NCBI RefSeq assembly: GCF_009914755.1
Contig: NC_060944.1
DNA length: 64,000 nt
Reading direction: 5' to 3' (one strand)
Origin: the human T2T-CHM13v2.0 reference genome, Homo sapiens
Shown: positions 27,001 to 42,600 of the stretch, piece after piece
Layout: each line of letters opens with the position of its first letter
Position numbering within the stretch: position 1 is the first letter of the stretch
Notes under the pieces: generated by a model
What the model was told of the DNA's origin: nothing
Databases searched by the model: none
The model's input: the letters and a program-made list of their open reading frames with translations, nothing else
Position numbers and translations under genes: made by a program

Positions 27001-27680
27001 TTAGAATGGAAAGGAATGGCATGGAATGGAATGGAATGGAATGGAATGGAATGGAATGGAATGGAATGGAATACAAGGGAATGGAATGGAATGGAGTCAA
27101 CTGGAATGGAATGGAATGGAACCAACACGAGTGGAATGAAATGGAAAGGAGCGGAATGGACAGGAAAGGAATGGAAAGGAACTGAATGTAATGGAATCGA
27201 ATGGAGTGGAATTGAATGGAATGAAATGGAATCAATGTGAGTGAAATGGAATGGTATGGAACGGATTGGATGGGAATGGAATGGAATGGAATGGAATGGA
27301 ATGCAATGGAATCAATGAGAGTGTAAAGAAATGGAATGGAATGGAGCAAATAAAATGGAATTTATTTGAATGGAATGGAATCAACTGGAATGGAATGGAA
27401 TGGAATGGAATGGAATGGAATAGAATGCCATGGAATGGAATGGAATGGAATGCCATGGAATGGAATGGAATGGAATGCCATGGAATGGAATGGAATGGAA
27501 TTAACAAGAATGGAAAGGAATGGAATGGAATGGAATGGAATGGAATGGAGAGGAGGCAAACCGAGTGGAATGGAATGGATTGCAATGGAATGGAAAGGAA
27601 TGGAATGGAATGCAATGGAATGCAACGGAATGGAGTGGAATGGAATGGAATGGAATGGAATGGAATGGAATGGAATGGAA
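24059..27680 (+). repeat. ~1.8 kb tandem duplication (blocks A1+A2) within the HOR; also at <1-~3270 and 48442-~52040
   Basis: GCAATGCAATGGAAAGGAATGCAATGGAATCAAAACGAG starts at 24059 and 25883 (48442 and 50246; 1465 in copy 1). Both copies carry CAACCCGCATGG, CAAACTTA, GGATTCAGTGTGAG, GGACTTCACACGAG, CCAAGCGATTAG, GGAGCGGAATGGACAGG and GGAGAGGAGGCAAACCGAG in the same order. Confidence 0.9.
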
Positions 27681-30600
27681 TCAATTATATTAGAATGGAA
27701 TGGAATGAAATGGAATGCAATGGAATGGAAAGGAATGCAATCAACACGTGGTAATGGAATGCAAAGGAATGGAATAGAACGGAATGGAATCAACAAAAGT
27801 GGAATGGAAGGGAATGGAATAGAATGGAATGGAATGGAATGGATTGGAATGCAATGGAGTCAACCCAAATGGAATCGAATGGAATGGAATGAAATGGAAG
27901 GGAACGAAATGGAATGGAATGGCATGGAATGGAATGGGATGGAATGGAATTAAAGCGAGTGGAGTGGAATGGATTTGAATGGAATGGAATGGAATAAATT
28001 GCAATGGAATGGAATGGAATGCAATGGAATGGAATCAACCCGTCTGGAATGGAATGGAATGGAAAGGAATGGAAAGAAAGGCAATGGAATGGAATCAACT
28101 GGAATGGAATGGAATGGATTGGAATCAAACCGAGTGGAATGGAATGGAATGGCATGAAATGGAATGGAATGGAATGGAATGAAATCAACCTGAGTGGAAT
28201 GGAATGGAATGGAATGGCATGGAATAGAATGGAATGGAGTGGATGAGAATCAATCTGAGTGGAATGCAAAGGAATGGAATTGAATGCAATGGAATGCAAT
28301 GGAATGGAATAGAATGAACCAGAGTGGAATTGAGTGGAATTGACCAGAATGGAATGGAATGGAATGTAATGGAACGGAATGGAATAAACCCGATTCGAAT
28401 GCAATCGAATGGAATGGAATCGAATGGAATGCAATGGCATTGAATGGCATCAACAAGAGTGGAATGCAATGGAATGGAATGGATTGGAATGGAATGGAAT
28501 CCACACGAGAGGAATGTAATGGAAAGGAATGGAAAGGAGTGGAATCAACCCGAGTCGAAAGGAATGCTATGGAATGAAATGGAATGGAATGGAATGGAAT
28601 GGTACGGAATGGAATGGAATGGAATGGAAAGGAAAGGAATGCAGTTGAATCAAAACGAGTGGAATGGAATGGAATGGAAAGGAATGGAATGGAATTCAAT
28701 AGAATCAACCCGAGTGGAATGGAAAGGAAAGGAATTTAATGGAATGGAAAGGAATGGAATGGAATACAATCCAGTGTACAGGAATGGAATGGAATGGAAT
28801 GGAATGGAATAGAATGGAATAAATTCGAGTGGAATGGAATGGAATGCAATGTAATATGATGGAAAGGAATAGAATCCACCTGAATGGAATGGAATGGAAT
28901 GGAATGGAATGGAATGGATTGGAATGGAATCAACGCGAGTGGAATGGAAAGGAATAGAATGGAATGGAATTAAATGGAATTGAATGGAAAGGAATGGAAT
29001 GGAATGGAATGGAACGGAATCGAATGGAATGGAATGGAATGGAAAGGAATGGAATCAACCCGAGTGGAATGGAATGGAATGGAATGCAATGTAAAGGAAT
29101 GGAATAAACCCAAGTGGAATGCAATGGAATGGAATGGAATGGAATGGAATGGAATGGATTGGAATCAACAATGCGTGGAATGTATTGCATTTGAATAGAA
29201 TGGAATGAACCTGAGAGGAATGGAATGGAATGCAATGGAATGGAATGGAATGGAATGGAATGGAATGGAATGGAATGGAAGGGAATGGAGTGGAATGGAA
29301 TGGGATGGAATGGAATGAACCCTAGTGGAATGGAATGGAATGGAATGGAATGGAAGGGAAGGGAATCGAATGGAATGGAACGGAATCAAGCCGAGTGGAA
29401 TGGAATGGAATGGAATAGAATCAACCTGAGTGGAATGGAATGGAATGCAATGAAGTGGTATGAAATGTTTGGAATGGAATGGAATGGACTCAAAACGAGT
29501 GGAATGGAATGGAATGGAAATGAATGGAATGGAATGGAATGGAAACAACCCGAGTGGAATGGAATGGAATGCAATAGAATGGTATGGAATGGAACGGAAT
29601 AGAATGGAATAGAATGGAATCAAAACGAGTGTAATGGAATGGAATGGAATGGAATGGATTGGAAACAAACCGAGTGGAATGGAATGCAATGGAATGGAAT
29701 GGAATGGAATGCAATGGCATGGAATGGAATGGAATGAAATGGAATGGAATGGCATGGAATGGAATGGAATGGAATGGAATGGAATGGAATGGAATGGATT
29801 GGAATGCGTTGGAATGGAATCGAATGGAATCAACTGGAATGGAAGGGAATGGAATGGAATGGAATCAGTTAGATTGGAATGGCATGGAATGGAATGGAAT
29901 GCAATGCAATGTAATGGAATGGAATCAACCCGTGTGGAATGTAGTGCAAAGGAATGGAATGGAATGGAATCAACCAAAGTGGAATGGAACGGAATGGAAT
30001 AGAATGGAAGGGAATGGAATGGAATGCAATGGAGTCAACCCAAATGGAATCGAATGGAATGAAATGCAATGGAATGGAATGAAATGGAATCGAATGGAAT
30101 GGAATGAAATGGAATGGAATGCAATGGAATGAAATGAGTTAGGATGGAATGGAATTAAAACGAGTGGAGTGGAATGGAATGGAATGGAATGGAATGGAAT
30201 AAATTAGAATGGAATGGAAAGCAATACCATGGAACGGAATCAACCCCTGTGGAATGGAATAGAATGGAATGGAATGGAATGGAATGGAATGGCATGGAAA
30301 GCAATTGAATGGAATGGAATCAACCAGAGTGCAATGGAGTGGAATGGAATGGAATGGAATGGAATCAACCCGAGTGAAATGGAATGGAAAGTTACGGAAT
30401 GGAATGGAATGGAATGGAATAGAATGGAATGCAATGTTATGGAATTAACCCGAGTAGAATGGCATGGAATGGAATGGAATGGAATGGAATGCAATGGAAT
30501 GGAATGGAATGGAATGGAATGCATTTCAATGGAATGGAATGGAATGGAATGGAATGTAGTCAACGCGAGTGGAATGGATTGGAATGGAATGGAAGGGAAT

Positions 30601-33600
30601 GGAATGGAAGGGAATGGAATGGAATGGAATCATCCCGAGTGGAATGGATTGGAGTGGAATGGAATGGAATGGCTAGGAACGGAATGGAATGGAGTGGAAT
30701 GGAATGGAGTGGAATAGAATGGAATTCAATGGATAGGTATGGAAGGGAATCAAGTGGAATGGAATGGCATGGAAGAGAATGGAAGGAATGGAAAGGAATC
30801 AAGCCGAGTGGAATCGAAAGGAATGGAATGGAATTGAATGGAATGGAACGGAATTGACAAAACCCGATTGGAATGCAATGGAATGGAACGGAATGAAATG
30901 GAATGGAAAGGAATGGAATGGAATCCAAGCGATGGGAAAGGAATGCAATGGAATGAAATGGAATGGAATCCACCCGAGTGAAATGGAATGGAATGGAATG
31001 GAGTGGAATCAACCCAAGTGGAATGGAATCAAATTGAATGGAATGGATTGGAATGGAATGGAATGGAATTACCCCGAGTGAAATGGCATGGAAAGGAACG
31101 GAATAGAATTTAATGGAATAGAATGGAATGGAATGGAATCAACCCGAGTGGAATTGAATGGAATGAAATGGAATGCAATGTAATGGAATGGAACCAATAA
31201 GAGTGGAATGGATTGGAATGGAATGGAATGGAATGAAAGGGAATGGAAAAAACCTGAGTGGAATGGAATGGAATGGAATGAAATGGAATGGAATGGAATG
31301 GAATGGAAAAGAATGGAATGGAATAGAATACACCAGAGTGGAATGGAATAGAATGGAATGGAATGGACTGGAATCAACCCCAGTGGAATGGAATGGAATG
31401 GAATGGAATGGAATGGAATGGAATGGAATGGATTGGAATCAAACCGAGTGGAATGGAATGGAATGCAATGGAATGGAATGGAATGGAATGGAATGGGATG
31501 GAATGGAATCAAACCGAGTGGAGTGGAATGGAATTGAATGGAATAGAATGGAGTAAATTGGAATGGAAAGGAATGGAATGGAATGAAATGGAATGGAATG
31601 GAATAGAATCAACCACAATGGAATGGAATTGAATGGAATGGAATGGAATGGAATGGAATGGAATGGAATGGAATGGAATCAACCCCAGTGGAATGGAATT
31701 TAATTGAATGGAATGGAATGGAATGAACCCGAGTGGAATGGAATGGAATGGAATTGAATGGAATTAACCCCAGTGAAATGGAATGGAAAGGAACGGAATG
31801 GAATTTAAAGGAATGGAATGGAATGCAATGGAATGGAATCAACTTGAGTGGAATGGAATGAAATGGAATGCAATGGAAAGCAATGGAATTGAATGGAATC
31901 AACCAGAGTTGAATGGAATTGAATGGAATGGAATGGAAGGTAATCAACCCAAATGGAATGGAATGGAATTGAATTGAATGCAATTACCCCGAGTGAAATG
32001 GCATGGAAAGGAAAGGAATAGAATTTAATGGAATGGAATGCAATGGAATGGAATCAACCCGAGTGGAATGGAATGGAATGGAGTGGAATGGAATGCAACG
32101 GAATGGAACCAATAAGAGTGGAATGGATTGGAAAGGAATAGAATGGAATGAAAGGGAATGGAATCAACCCGAGTGGAATGGAATGGAATGGATTGGAGTG
32201 GAATGGAATACACCAGAGTGGAATGGAATAGAATGGAATGAAATGGTGTGGAATCAACCCCAGTGGAATGCAATGGAATGGAATGGAATGAAATGGAATG
32301 GAATGGAATCGAATGGATTGGAATCAAACGGAGAGAATGGAATGGAATGGAATGGAATGGAATGGAATGGAATAGAATGGAATGGAATGGAAAGGAATGG
32401 AATGGAATGAAATCAACCCGAGTGCAATGGAATGGAATAGAATGGGATGGATCTGAATAGAATGGATTGGATTGGAATCAATCTGAGTGGAATGGAATGG
32501 AATGGAATTGAAGAGAATGAAATGGAATGGAATAGAATGGAATGGAATGGAATGGAATGGAAAGGAATGCAAGGACATGGAATGGAATGGAGTCAACTGG
32601 AATGGAATGGAATAGAATGGATTAGAATGGAATCAACACTAGTGGAATGAAATGGAAAGGAAAGTAATGGAAAGGAATGGAATGGAAAGGAACTGAATGT
32701 AATGTAATAGAATGGAGTGGAATGGAATCAATGTGAGTGTAAAGGAATAGAATGGAACGGAATGGAATGGAATGGAATGGAATGGAATGGAATGGAATCA
32801 ACGCGATTGTAATGGAATGGAAAGGAATGGAGTAAATAGAATGGAATTGATTTGAATAGAATGGAATCAACTGGAATGGAATGAAATGGAATGGAATCGA
32901 ATGCCATGGAATGGAATGCAATGGAATCAACAAGAATGGAAAGGAATGGAATCGAATGGAATGGAATGCAGTTAAGGCAAACCGAGTGGAATGGAATGGA
33001 ATGGAATGGAATCGAATGGAATGGAATCAACCCGAGTGGAATGGAATGGAATGCAATGGAATGGAAGGGAATGAAATGGAATAGAATAGAAAGGAATGGA
33101 ATGGAATGGAATGGAATGGAATGGAATGGAATGGAATGGAATGGAAGTGAATAGAGTGGAATGGAATGGAATGGAATGGAATGGAATGGAGTGGAATGGA
33201 ATGTAATCAATACAAGTGAAATTAAATGGAATAGAATGGAATGGAATGGAGTGGAATGGAACGGAATTGATATGAATGGAATGGAATCTACCAGAGTTGA
33301 ATGGAATGGAATGGAATGGAATGGAATGGAATGGAATGGAATGGAATCAACCCAAGTGGAATGGAATGCAATGGATTTGAATGGAATTACCCCGAGAGAA
33401 ATGGAATGGAAAGGAACGGAATAGAATTTAATGGAATGGAATGGAATGGAATGGAATGGAATCAACCCGAGTGGAATGGAATGGATTGGAATGGAATGGA
33501 ATGGAATCCACCAGAGGGGAACGGAATGGAATGGAATGGAATGGAATGGAATGGAATGGAATGGAATGGAATGGAATGGAATGGAATGGAGTGGAATCAA

Positions 33601-36600
33601 CCTAAGTGGAATGGAATGGAATGGAATGGAATGGAATGGAATGGAATGGAATGGAATGGAATGGTATGGAATGGAATGGAATGGAATGGAATTTAATGGA
33701 TTGGAATCAAACCGAGTGGAATGGAATGGAATGGAATGGAATGGCATGGCATGGAATAGAATGGAATGGAGTGGAATACAATCAATCTGAGTGGAATGGA
33801 AAGGAATGGAAAGGAATGGAATTGAATGGAATGGATTGGAATGGAATAGAATAGAGTCAACCAGAGTGGAATGGAGTGGAATGGACCGGAATGGAATGGA
33901 ATGGAATAAACCCGATTAGAATGCAATGGAAGGGAATATAATCGAATGGAATGGAATGGCATTGAATGGGATCAACACCAGTGGAATGGAGTAGAATGGA
34001 ATGGATTGGAATGGAATGGAATCCACCCGAGAGGAATGTATTGCAAAGGAATGGAATGGAGTGGAATCAACCTGAGTCGAATGGAATGTTATGGAATGAA
34101 ATGGAATGGAATGGAATGGTATGGAATGGAATGAAATGGAATGGAATGGAAAGGAAAGGAATGCCATAGAATCAAAACGAGTGGAATGGAATGGAATGGA
34201 AAGGAATGGAATGGAATTCATTAGAATCAACCCGAGTGGAATGGAATGGAAAGGAATTGAATGGAATAGAATGGAATGGAATCCAATCAAGTGTAAAGGA
34301 ATGGAATGGAATGGAATGGAATGGAAAGGAATGGAATGGAATGGAATGGAATGTACAGGAATGGAATAAATCCGATTGGAATGGAATGGAATGCAATGTA
34401 ATATGATGGAAAGGAATGGAATACACCCGAATGGAATGACAAGGAATGGAATGTAATGGAATGGTATGGATTGGAATGGAATCAACACAAGTGGAATGGA
34501 AAGGAATGGAATGGAATGGAATGGAATCGAATGGAATGGAATGGAATTGATTGGAATCAACCCGCGTAGAATGCAGAGGATTCGAATAGAAAGGAATGAA
34601 CCCGAGAGGAATGGAACGGAATGGAAAGGAAGGGAACGGAATGGAATGGAGTGGAATGGAATGGGATGGAACGGAATGAACTGTAGTGGAATGCAACGGA
34701 ATGGAAAGGAATGGAATAGAATGGAATGGAATGGAATGGAATGGAATGGAATGGAATGGAATGGAATGGAATGCAATGGAATGGAATGAAATGAAATGGA
34801 ACGGAATCAACCCGAGTGGAATGGAATGGAATGGAATGGAATCAAACTGAGAGGAATGGAATGGAATGCAATGAAATGGTATGGAATTGTTGGAATGGAA
34901 TGGAATGGACTCAAAACGAGTGGAATGGAATGGAATGGAAATCAATGGAATGGATTGGAATGGAAACAACCCGAGTGGAATGGAATGGAATGCAATGGAA
35001 TGGTATGGAATGGTATGGAATGGAATGGAATGGAATGGAATGGAATGGAATGGAATGGAATCAAAACGAATGGAATGGAATGGAATGGAACGGAATGGAA
35101 TAGATTGGAATCCAACCGAGTGGAATATAATGTAATGGAATGGTATGGAATGCAATGGCATAGCATGGAATGCAATGGAATAGAGTGCAATGGAATGAAA
35201 TGGAATGGAATTGAATGGAATGGATTCGAATGCGTTCAAATGGAATCGAATGGAATCAAGTGGAATGGAAAGGAATGGAATGGAATGGAATCAATTAGAT
35301 TGGAATGGAATGGAATGGAATGGATTGCAATGGAATGTAATGGAAAGGAATCAACCCGTGTGGAATGTAATGGAAAGGAATGCAATGGAATGGAATCAAG
35401 AAAAGTGGAATGGAAGGGAATGGAAAATAATGGAAGGGAAAGGAATGGAATGCAATGGAGTCAACCGAAATTGAATCGAATTGAATGGAATACAATGGAA
35501 TAGAATGAAATGGAACGGAATCGTATGGAATGGGATGGGATGGAATGGAATTACACCGAGTGGAGCGGAATGGAATTGAATGGAATGGAATGGAATAAAT
35601 TGGAATGGAATGGAATGGAATGCAATGGAATGGAATCAACCCGTGTGGAATGGAATGGAATGGAATGGAGTGGAAAGCAATTGAAAGGAATGCAATCAAC
35701 CCGTGTGGAATGGAATGGAATGGAATGGAATGGAGTGGAAAGCAATTGAATGGAATGGAATCAACCAGACTAGAATGGAATTGAATAGAATGGAATGGAA
35801 TGGAATCAACCCGAGTGCAATGGAATGGAATGGAAACAACCCGAGTGAAATGGAATGGAAAGCTACGGAATGGAATGATTTGGAATCAAACCGAGTGGAA
35901 TGGAATGGAAGGAATGGAATGGAATGGAACGGAATGAAATCAACCCGAATGGAATGGAATGGAATGGAATGGAATGGAATGGAATGGAATGGAATGGAAT
36001 GGAATGGGATGGAATAGAATGGAATGGAGTGGATTAGAATCAATCTGAATGGAATGGAAAGGAATGAAAAGGAATGCAATTGAATGGAATGGAATGGAAT
36101 GGAATGGAATGGAATTTAATAGAATCAACCAGAGTGGAATGGAGTGGAATGGAACGGAATGGAATGGAATGGAATGGAATAAAACCGAGTAGAATGCAAT
36201 GGAAGGGAATGGAACCAAATGGAATGGAATGGCATTGAATGGGATCAACACGAGTGGAATGGAATGGAATGGAATGGAATGGATTGGAATTGAATGGAAT
36301 CCACCAGAGTGGAATATAATGGAAAAGAATGGAATGTAGTGGAATCAACCCGAGTGGGATGGAATCGTATAGATTGAAATGGAATGGAATGGAATGCTAT
36401 GGAATGGAATGGAATGGAATGGAAAGGAAAGGAATGCAATGGAATCAAAACGAGTGGAATGGAATGGAATGGAAAGGAATGGAATGGAATTCAATAGAAT
36501 CAACCAGAGTGGAATGGAATGGAAAGGAATTGAATGGAATGGAATTGAATGGAATGGAATCCAATCCAGTGTAAGGAAATGGAATTGAATGGAATGGAAT

Positions 36601-39600
36601 GGAATGGAATGGAATGGACTGTAATAAATTCGAGTGGAATGGAATGGAATGCAATTTAATATAATGGAAATCAACGGAATCCAACCGAATGGAATGGAAA
36701 GGAATGGAATGGAATGGAATGGAATGGAATGGAAAGGAATGGAATGTATTGGAATGGAATCAACTCCAGTGCAATGGAAAGGAATGGAATGGAATGAAAT
36801 GGAATGGAATGGAATGGAATGGAATGGAATGGAATGGAATGGAATGCAATGGAAAGGAATGGAATCAACCCGAGATTAATGGAATGGAATGGAATGCAAT
36901 GGAATGGAATGGAATCAACATGAGTGGAATGCAACAGAATGGAATGGAATGGAATGGAATGAAATGGATTGGAATCAACCCACTTGGAATGCAGTGGATT
37001 CAAATGGAACGGAATCAACACGAGAGGAATGAAATGGAATGGAATGGAATGGAAAGGAATGGAATGGAGTGGAATGGAATGGGATGTAATGGAATGGAAT
37101 GGAATGGGATGGGATGGAATGGAATGGAATGGAATGGAATGGAATGGAACGGAATGGAATGGAATGGAATCAACCCTAGTGGAATGGAACGGAATGGAAT
37201 GGAATGGAATGGAATGGAATGGAATGGAATCAACCTGAGTGGAATGGAATGGAATGCAATGAAATGGTATGGAATGATTGGAATGGAATGGAATGGACTC
37301 AAAACGAGTGGAATGGAATGGAATGGAAACGAATGGAACGGAAAGGAATGTTAACAAACCGAGTGGAATGGAATGGAAAGCAATGGAATGGCATGGAATG
37401 GAATGGAATGGAATGGAATGGAATGGAATGGAATGGAACAGAATGGAAAGAAAACGAGTGTAATGGAATGGATTCGAATGGAATGGAATAGATTGGAATC
37501 AAACAGAGTGGAATGGAATGCAATGAAATGGAATCGAATGCAATGGGATGGAATGCAATGGCATGGAATGGAGTGGAATGGAATGGAATTGAATGCATTG
37601 GAATGGAGTCGAAAGGAATCAAATGGGATGAAAGGGAATGGAATGGAATGGAATAAATTAGATTGCAATGCAATGGAATGGAATGGAAAGTAATGGAATG
37701 GAATCAACACCTGTGGAATGTAACGCAAACGAATGGAATGGAATGCAATGGAATCAACAAAAGTGGAATGGAAGGGAATGGAATAGAATGGAATGGAATG
37801 GAATGCAATGCAATGAAGCCAACCCAAGTGGAATAGAATGGAATGGAATTCGATGGAGTGGAATGAAAGGGAATGGAATGGAATGGGATGGAATGGAATT
37901 AAACTGAACGGAGTGGATTGGAATTGAATGGAATGAAATGGACAGGAATACAATGGAATGGAATCAACCCGTGTCGAATGCAATGGAATGGAATGGAATG
38001 GAATGGAATGGAACGGAATGGAATGGAAAGCAATTGAATGGAATGGAATCAACCAGAGTGGAATGCAACGGAATGGAATGGAATGGAATGGAATGGAATG
38101 GAATGGAATGGAATGGAATCAACCAGAGTGGAATGGAATGGAATGGAATGGAATGGAATGGAATGGGATCAACCAGAGTGAAATGGAATGGAAAATTAAG
38201 GAATGGATTGGAATGGAATGGAATGCAATGGAATCAACCCGATTGGACTGGAATGCAATGGAATGGAATGGAATGAAATGGAGTCAAACCGACTGGAAGG
38301 GAATGGAATGGAATGCAATGGAATCAACTCGAATGGAATGGAATGGAATGGAATGGAATGGAATGGATTGGAATGGAATGGAATGGAATGGATTCAGTGT
38401 GAGAGGAATGGAATGGAAGGGAGTGGAATGGAATAGAACGAAATGGAAGAGAATGGAACGGAATGCAATGGAATGGATTGAAATGGAATGGAAAGGAATA
38501 AAATCAAGTGAAATTGGATAGAATGGATTGGAATGGAATGGAATGGAATGGAATGGAATGGAATGGAATCCACCCAAGTGCAATGGAATGGATTTAAATG
38601 GATTGGAATGAAATGGAATGGAATGGAATGGAATGGACTTCACACGAGTGCAATGGAATGGAATGGAATGGAACCAACCCGAGTGGAATGGAATGGAATG
38701 GAAATTAATGGAATGGAATAGAATGGAATCAACCCGAGTGGAATGGAATGGAATGCAATGAAATGGTTTGGAATGGTATGGAATGGAATGGAATGGAATG
38801 CAATGGAATGGAATCAAAGCGAGTGGAATGGAATGGAATGAAATGGAATGGAATGGAATCAACACGAGTGGAATGGAAGGGAATGGAATGGGATGGGATG
38901 GAATGGAATGGAATGCAATGCAATGGAATCAACCCGAGTAGAATGGAAAGGAATGGAATGGAATGGAAAGGAATGGAATGGAATGGAATGGAATGGAATG
39001 GAATGGAATCCACCCGATTACAATGGAAAGGAATGGCATGGAATGGAATGGAATGGAATGGATTGGAATGGAATACAAGGGAATGCAATGGAATGGAGTC
39101 AACAGGAATGGAATGGAATGGAACCCACACGAGTGGAATGAAATGGAAAGGAGCGGAATGGACAGGAAAGGAATGGAAAGGAACTGAATGTAATGGAATC
39201 GAATGGAGTGGAATTGAATGGAATGAAATGGAATCAATGTGAGTGAAATGGAATGGAATGGAACGGAATGGATGGGAATGGAATGGAATGGAATGGAATG
39301 GAATGCAATGGAATCAATGAGAGTGCAATGGATGGAATGGAATGGAGCAAATAAAAAGTAATTTATTTGAATGGAATGGAATCAACTGGAATGGAATGGA
39401 ATGGAATGGAATGGAATGGAATAGAATGCCATGGAATGGAATGGAATGGAATGCCATGGAATGGAATGGAATGGAATTAACAAGAAAGGAAAGGAATGGA
39501 ATGGAATGGAATGGAATGGAATGGAATGGAGAAGACGCAAACCGAGTGGAATGGAATGGATTGCAATGGAATGGAAAGGAATGAAATGGAATGCAACGGA

Positions 39601-42600
39601 ATGGAGTGGAATGGAATGGAATGGAATGGAATGGAATGGAATGGAATGGAATCAATGCAAGTGTAATTGAATGGAATGGAATGGAATGGAATGGAGTGGA
39701 ATTGATTGGAATTGATATGAATGGAATGGAATCAACCGGAATGGAATGGACTGGAATGGAATGGAATGGAATGGAATCAACTAGAATGGAAAGGAATGGA
39801 ATGCAATGCAATGGAATGGAATGGAATGGAATGGAATCAACCCTTGTGAAATGTAAACCAAAGGAATGGAATGGAATGGAATGGAATTAAATGTAATGGA
39901 ATCAACAAAAGTGGAATGGAATGGAAGGGAATACAACGGAATAGAATGGAATGGAATGGAATAAACCAGAGTGTAATGGAAGGGAATGGAATGCAATGGA
40001 TTCGATTGGAATTAAATTAACTCCATTGGAATGGAGTGGAATGGAATGGAATGGAATGCAAAGAAGCCGATTGGAATGCAGTGGACTGCAAAGGAATGGA
40101 ATTGAAAGGGATGGAATGGAATGGAATGGAATAGAATGCAATGGAATGGAATGGAGTGGAATGGAATTAACAAAAGTGGAATGGAAGGGAATGGAATAGA
40201 ATGGAATGGAATGGAATGGAATGGAATGGAATGGAATGGAATCAACCCGAGTGGAATGGAATTGACGGGATTGGAATGGAATGTAATGAACCCGAGTGGA
40301 ATTGAATGGAATGGAATTGAATGGAATTAACCCGAGTGAAATGGAATGGAAAGGAACTGAATGGAATTTAATGGAATGGAATGGAATGGAATGGAATGGA
40401 ATGGAATGGAATGGAATGGTGTCGAATAGAATGGTATGGAATGGAATGAACCCTCGTGGAATGGAATGGAATGGAATGGAATGGAATGGAATGGAATGGA
40501 ATGGAACAGAATGGAACGGAATCTTCCGCAGTGGAATGGAATGGAATGGAATAGAATCAACCTGAGTGGAATGGAATGGAATGCAATGAAATGTTATAGA
40601 ATGGTTTAAATGGAAAGGAATGGAATCGAAACGAGGGGAATGGAATGGAATGGAAACGAATGGAATGGAATGGAATGGAATGGAAACAACCCTAGTGGAA
40701 TGGAACGAAATGCCAAGGAATGGTATGCAATGGAATGGAATGGAATAGAATGGAATCAAAACGAGTGGAATGCAATGGAATGGAATGGAATAGATTGGAA
40801 TGAAACCGAGTGGAATGGAATGCAATGGAATGGAATGAAATGGAATGGAATGGAATGGAATGGAATGGAATGGAATGGAATGGAATGCAATAGCGCGGAA
40901 TGGAATGGAATGGAAGGGAATGGAATGGAATGGAATGCAATGGAATGGAATAGACTGCGACGGAATGGAATGGAATGGTATTGAATGGAAACGATAGGAA
41001 TGCATTCGAATGGAATCGAATGTAATCTACTTTTAATGGAAGGGAATGGAATGGAATGGAATGGAATCAATTATATTGGAATGGAATGGAATGAAATGGA
41101 ATGCAATGGAATGGAAAGGAATGCAATCAACCCGTGATAATGGAAAGCAAAGGAATGGAATAGAACGGAATGGAATCAACAAAAGTGGAAAGGAAGGGAA
41201 TGGAATAGAATGGAATGGAATGGAATGGATTGGAAGGCAATGGAGTCAACCCAAATGGAATCGAATGTTATGGAATGAAATGGAAGGGAACGAAATGGAA
41301 TGGAATGGCATGGAATGGAATGGGATGGAATGCAATTAAACCGAGTGGAGTGTAATGGATTTGAATGGAATGGAATGGAATAAATTGCAATGGAATGGAA
41401 TGGAATGCAATGGAATGGAATCAACCCGTCTGGAATGGAATGGAATGGAAAGGAATGGAAAGCAAGGCAATGGAATGGAATGAACTGCAATGGAATGGAA
41501 TGGAATGGAATGGAATGGAATGGAATGGAATGGATTGGAATCAAACCGAGTGGAATGGAATGGAATGGCATGAAATGGAATGGAATGGAATGGAATGAAA
41601 TCAACCTGAGTGGAATGGAATGGAATGGAATGGCATGGAATAGAATGGAATGGAGTGGATGAGAATCAATCTGAGTGGAATGCAAAGGAATGGAATTGAA
41701 TGAAATGGAATGGAATAGAATGAACCAGAGTGGAATTGAGTGGAATTGACCGGAATGGAATGGAATGGAATGTAATGGAATGGAATGGAATAAACCCGAT
41801 TCGAATGCAATGGAAGGGAATGGAATCGAATGGAATGCAATGGCTTTGAATGGCATCAACAAGAGTGGAGTGCAATGGAATGGAATGGATTGGAATGGAA
41901 TGGAATCCACACGAGAGGAATGTAATGGAAAGGAATGGAAAGGAATGGAATCAACCCGAGTCGAATGGAATGCTATGGAATGAAATGGAATGGAATGGAA
42001 TGGTATGGAATGGAATGGAATGGAATGGAAAGGAAAGGAATGCAATTGAATCAAAACGAGTGGAATGGAAAGGAATGGAAAGGAATGGAATGGAATTCAA
42101 TAGAATCAACACGAGTGGAATGGAAAGAAAGGAATTTAATGGAATGGAAAGGAATGGACTGGAATACAATCCAGTGTACAGGAATAGAATGGAATGGAAT
42201 GGAATGGAATAAATTCGAATGGAATGGAATGGAATGCAATGTAATATGATGGAAAGGAATAGAATGCACCCGAATGGAATGGAAAGGAATGGAATGGAAT
42301 GGAATGGAATGGAATGGAATGGATTGGAATGGAATCAACGCGAGTGGAATGCAAAGGAATAGAATGGAATGGAATTAAATGGAATGGAATGGAAAGGAAT
42401 GGAATGGAATGGAATGGAATGGAACGGAATCGAATGGAATGGAATGGAATGGAAAGGAATGGAATCAACCCGAGTGGAATGGAATGGAATGGAATGCAAT
42501 GTAATGGAATGGAATCAACCCGAGTGGAATGCAATGGAATGGAATGGAATGGAATGGAATGGAATGGAATGGAATGGAATGGATTGGAATCAACAATGCG

